The translations under genes and the position numbers were made by a program. Shown here piece by piece: positions 6,579-6,661 of a DNA stretch of 6,661 nt (position 1 is its first letter; each line of letters starts with the position of its first letter). The notes under the pieces were generated by a model. The model made no database searches. It saw only the letters and a list, made by a program, of their open reading frames with translations, and was not told the origin of the DNA. The DNA comes from a virus (taxonomy: Duplodnaviria > Heunggongvirae > Uroviricota > Caudoviricetes): positions 1 to 6,661 of the IMG/VR virus record IMGVR_UViG_2703718778_000002; one strand, 5' to 3'.

Positions 6579-6661
6579 AACCGGACGGGCAACGGCTACG
6601 CGCTTCGCGTTCCGTCCAGGCGGTTACGTGGATTATTTGAGATTCTCCGGCACTCAGTGCC

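Noticed and set aside
6536-6592. TTG-initiated extension of the first small ORF (6302..6592)
   Set aside because: Non-ATG start without a ribosome-binding site, running through direct repeats; ATG 6535 with AGGGGG is preferred.
6596-6661. Open minus-strand frame entering from the right edge (about 21 codons ending in TAG at 6596-6598)
   Set aside because: Too short to separate from chance; there may be a gene end here but it cannot be supported.
1-6661. tRNA gene or att site
   Set aside because: No cloverleaf-compatible segment or tRNA-like conserved sequence recognised; the only long direct repeats are the terminator-associated elements inside the element.

Overview
All credible genes in this 6.66 kb window lie on the minus strand and form what looks like a mobile-element replication module followed directly by a minimal capsid module. 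Read in the direction of transcription (high to low coordinates): five tiny, tightly overlapping ORFs (6535 to 5334), a P4-family primase/SF3-helicase replication protein (5337..3589), a 230-bp iteron array that is a candidate origin (3351-3580), a 92-aa hypothetical protein ATGA-coupled to an SSB homologue ending in the acidic ...DNIPF tail (3303..2606), an intrinsic terminator, a ~430-bp structured intergenic region, then a 64-aa ORF coupled to a 629-aa ClpP-like prohead protease fused to an HK97-type major capsid protein (2139..59), and a second, related terminator. No integrase, terminase, portal, tRNA or att site is visible in the window. The architecture resembles a phage satellite or PICI-like island, or a prophage early region with an unusual stand-alone capsid unit; this is inference from motifs I can read in the translations, not from any database search. 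Plus-strand ORFs in the track all overlap the minus-strand genes and are treated as shadow ORFs.
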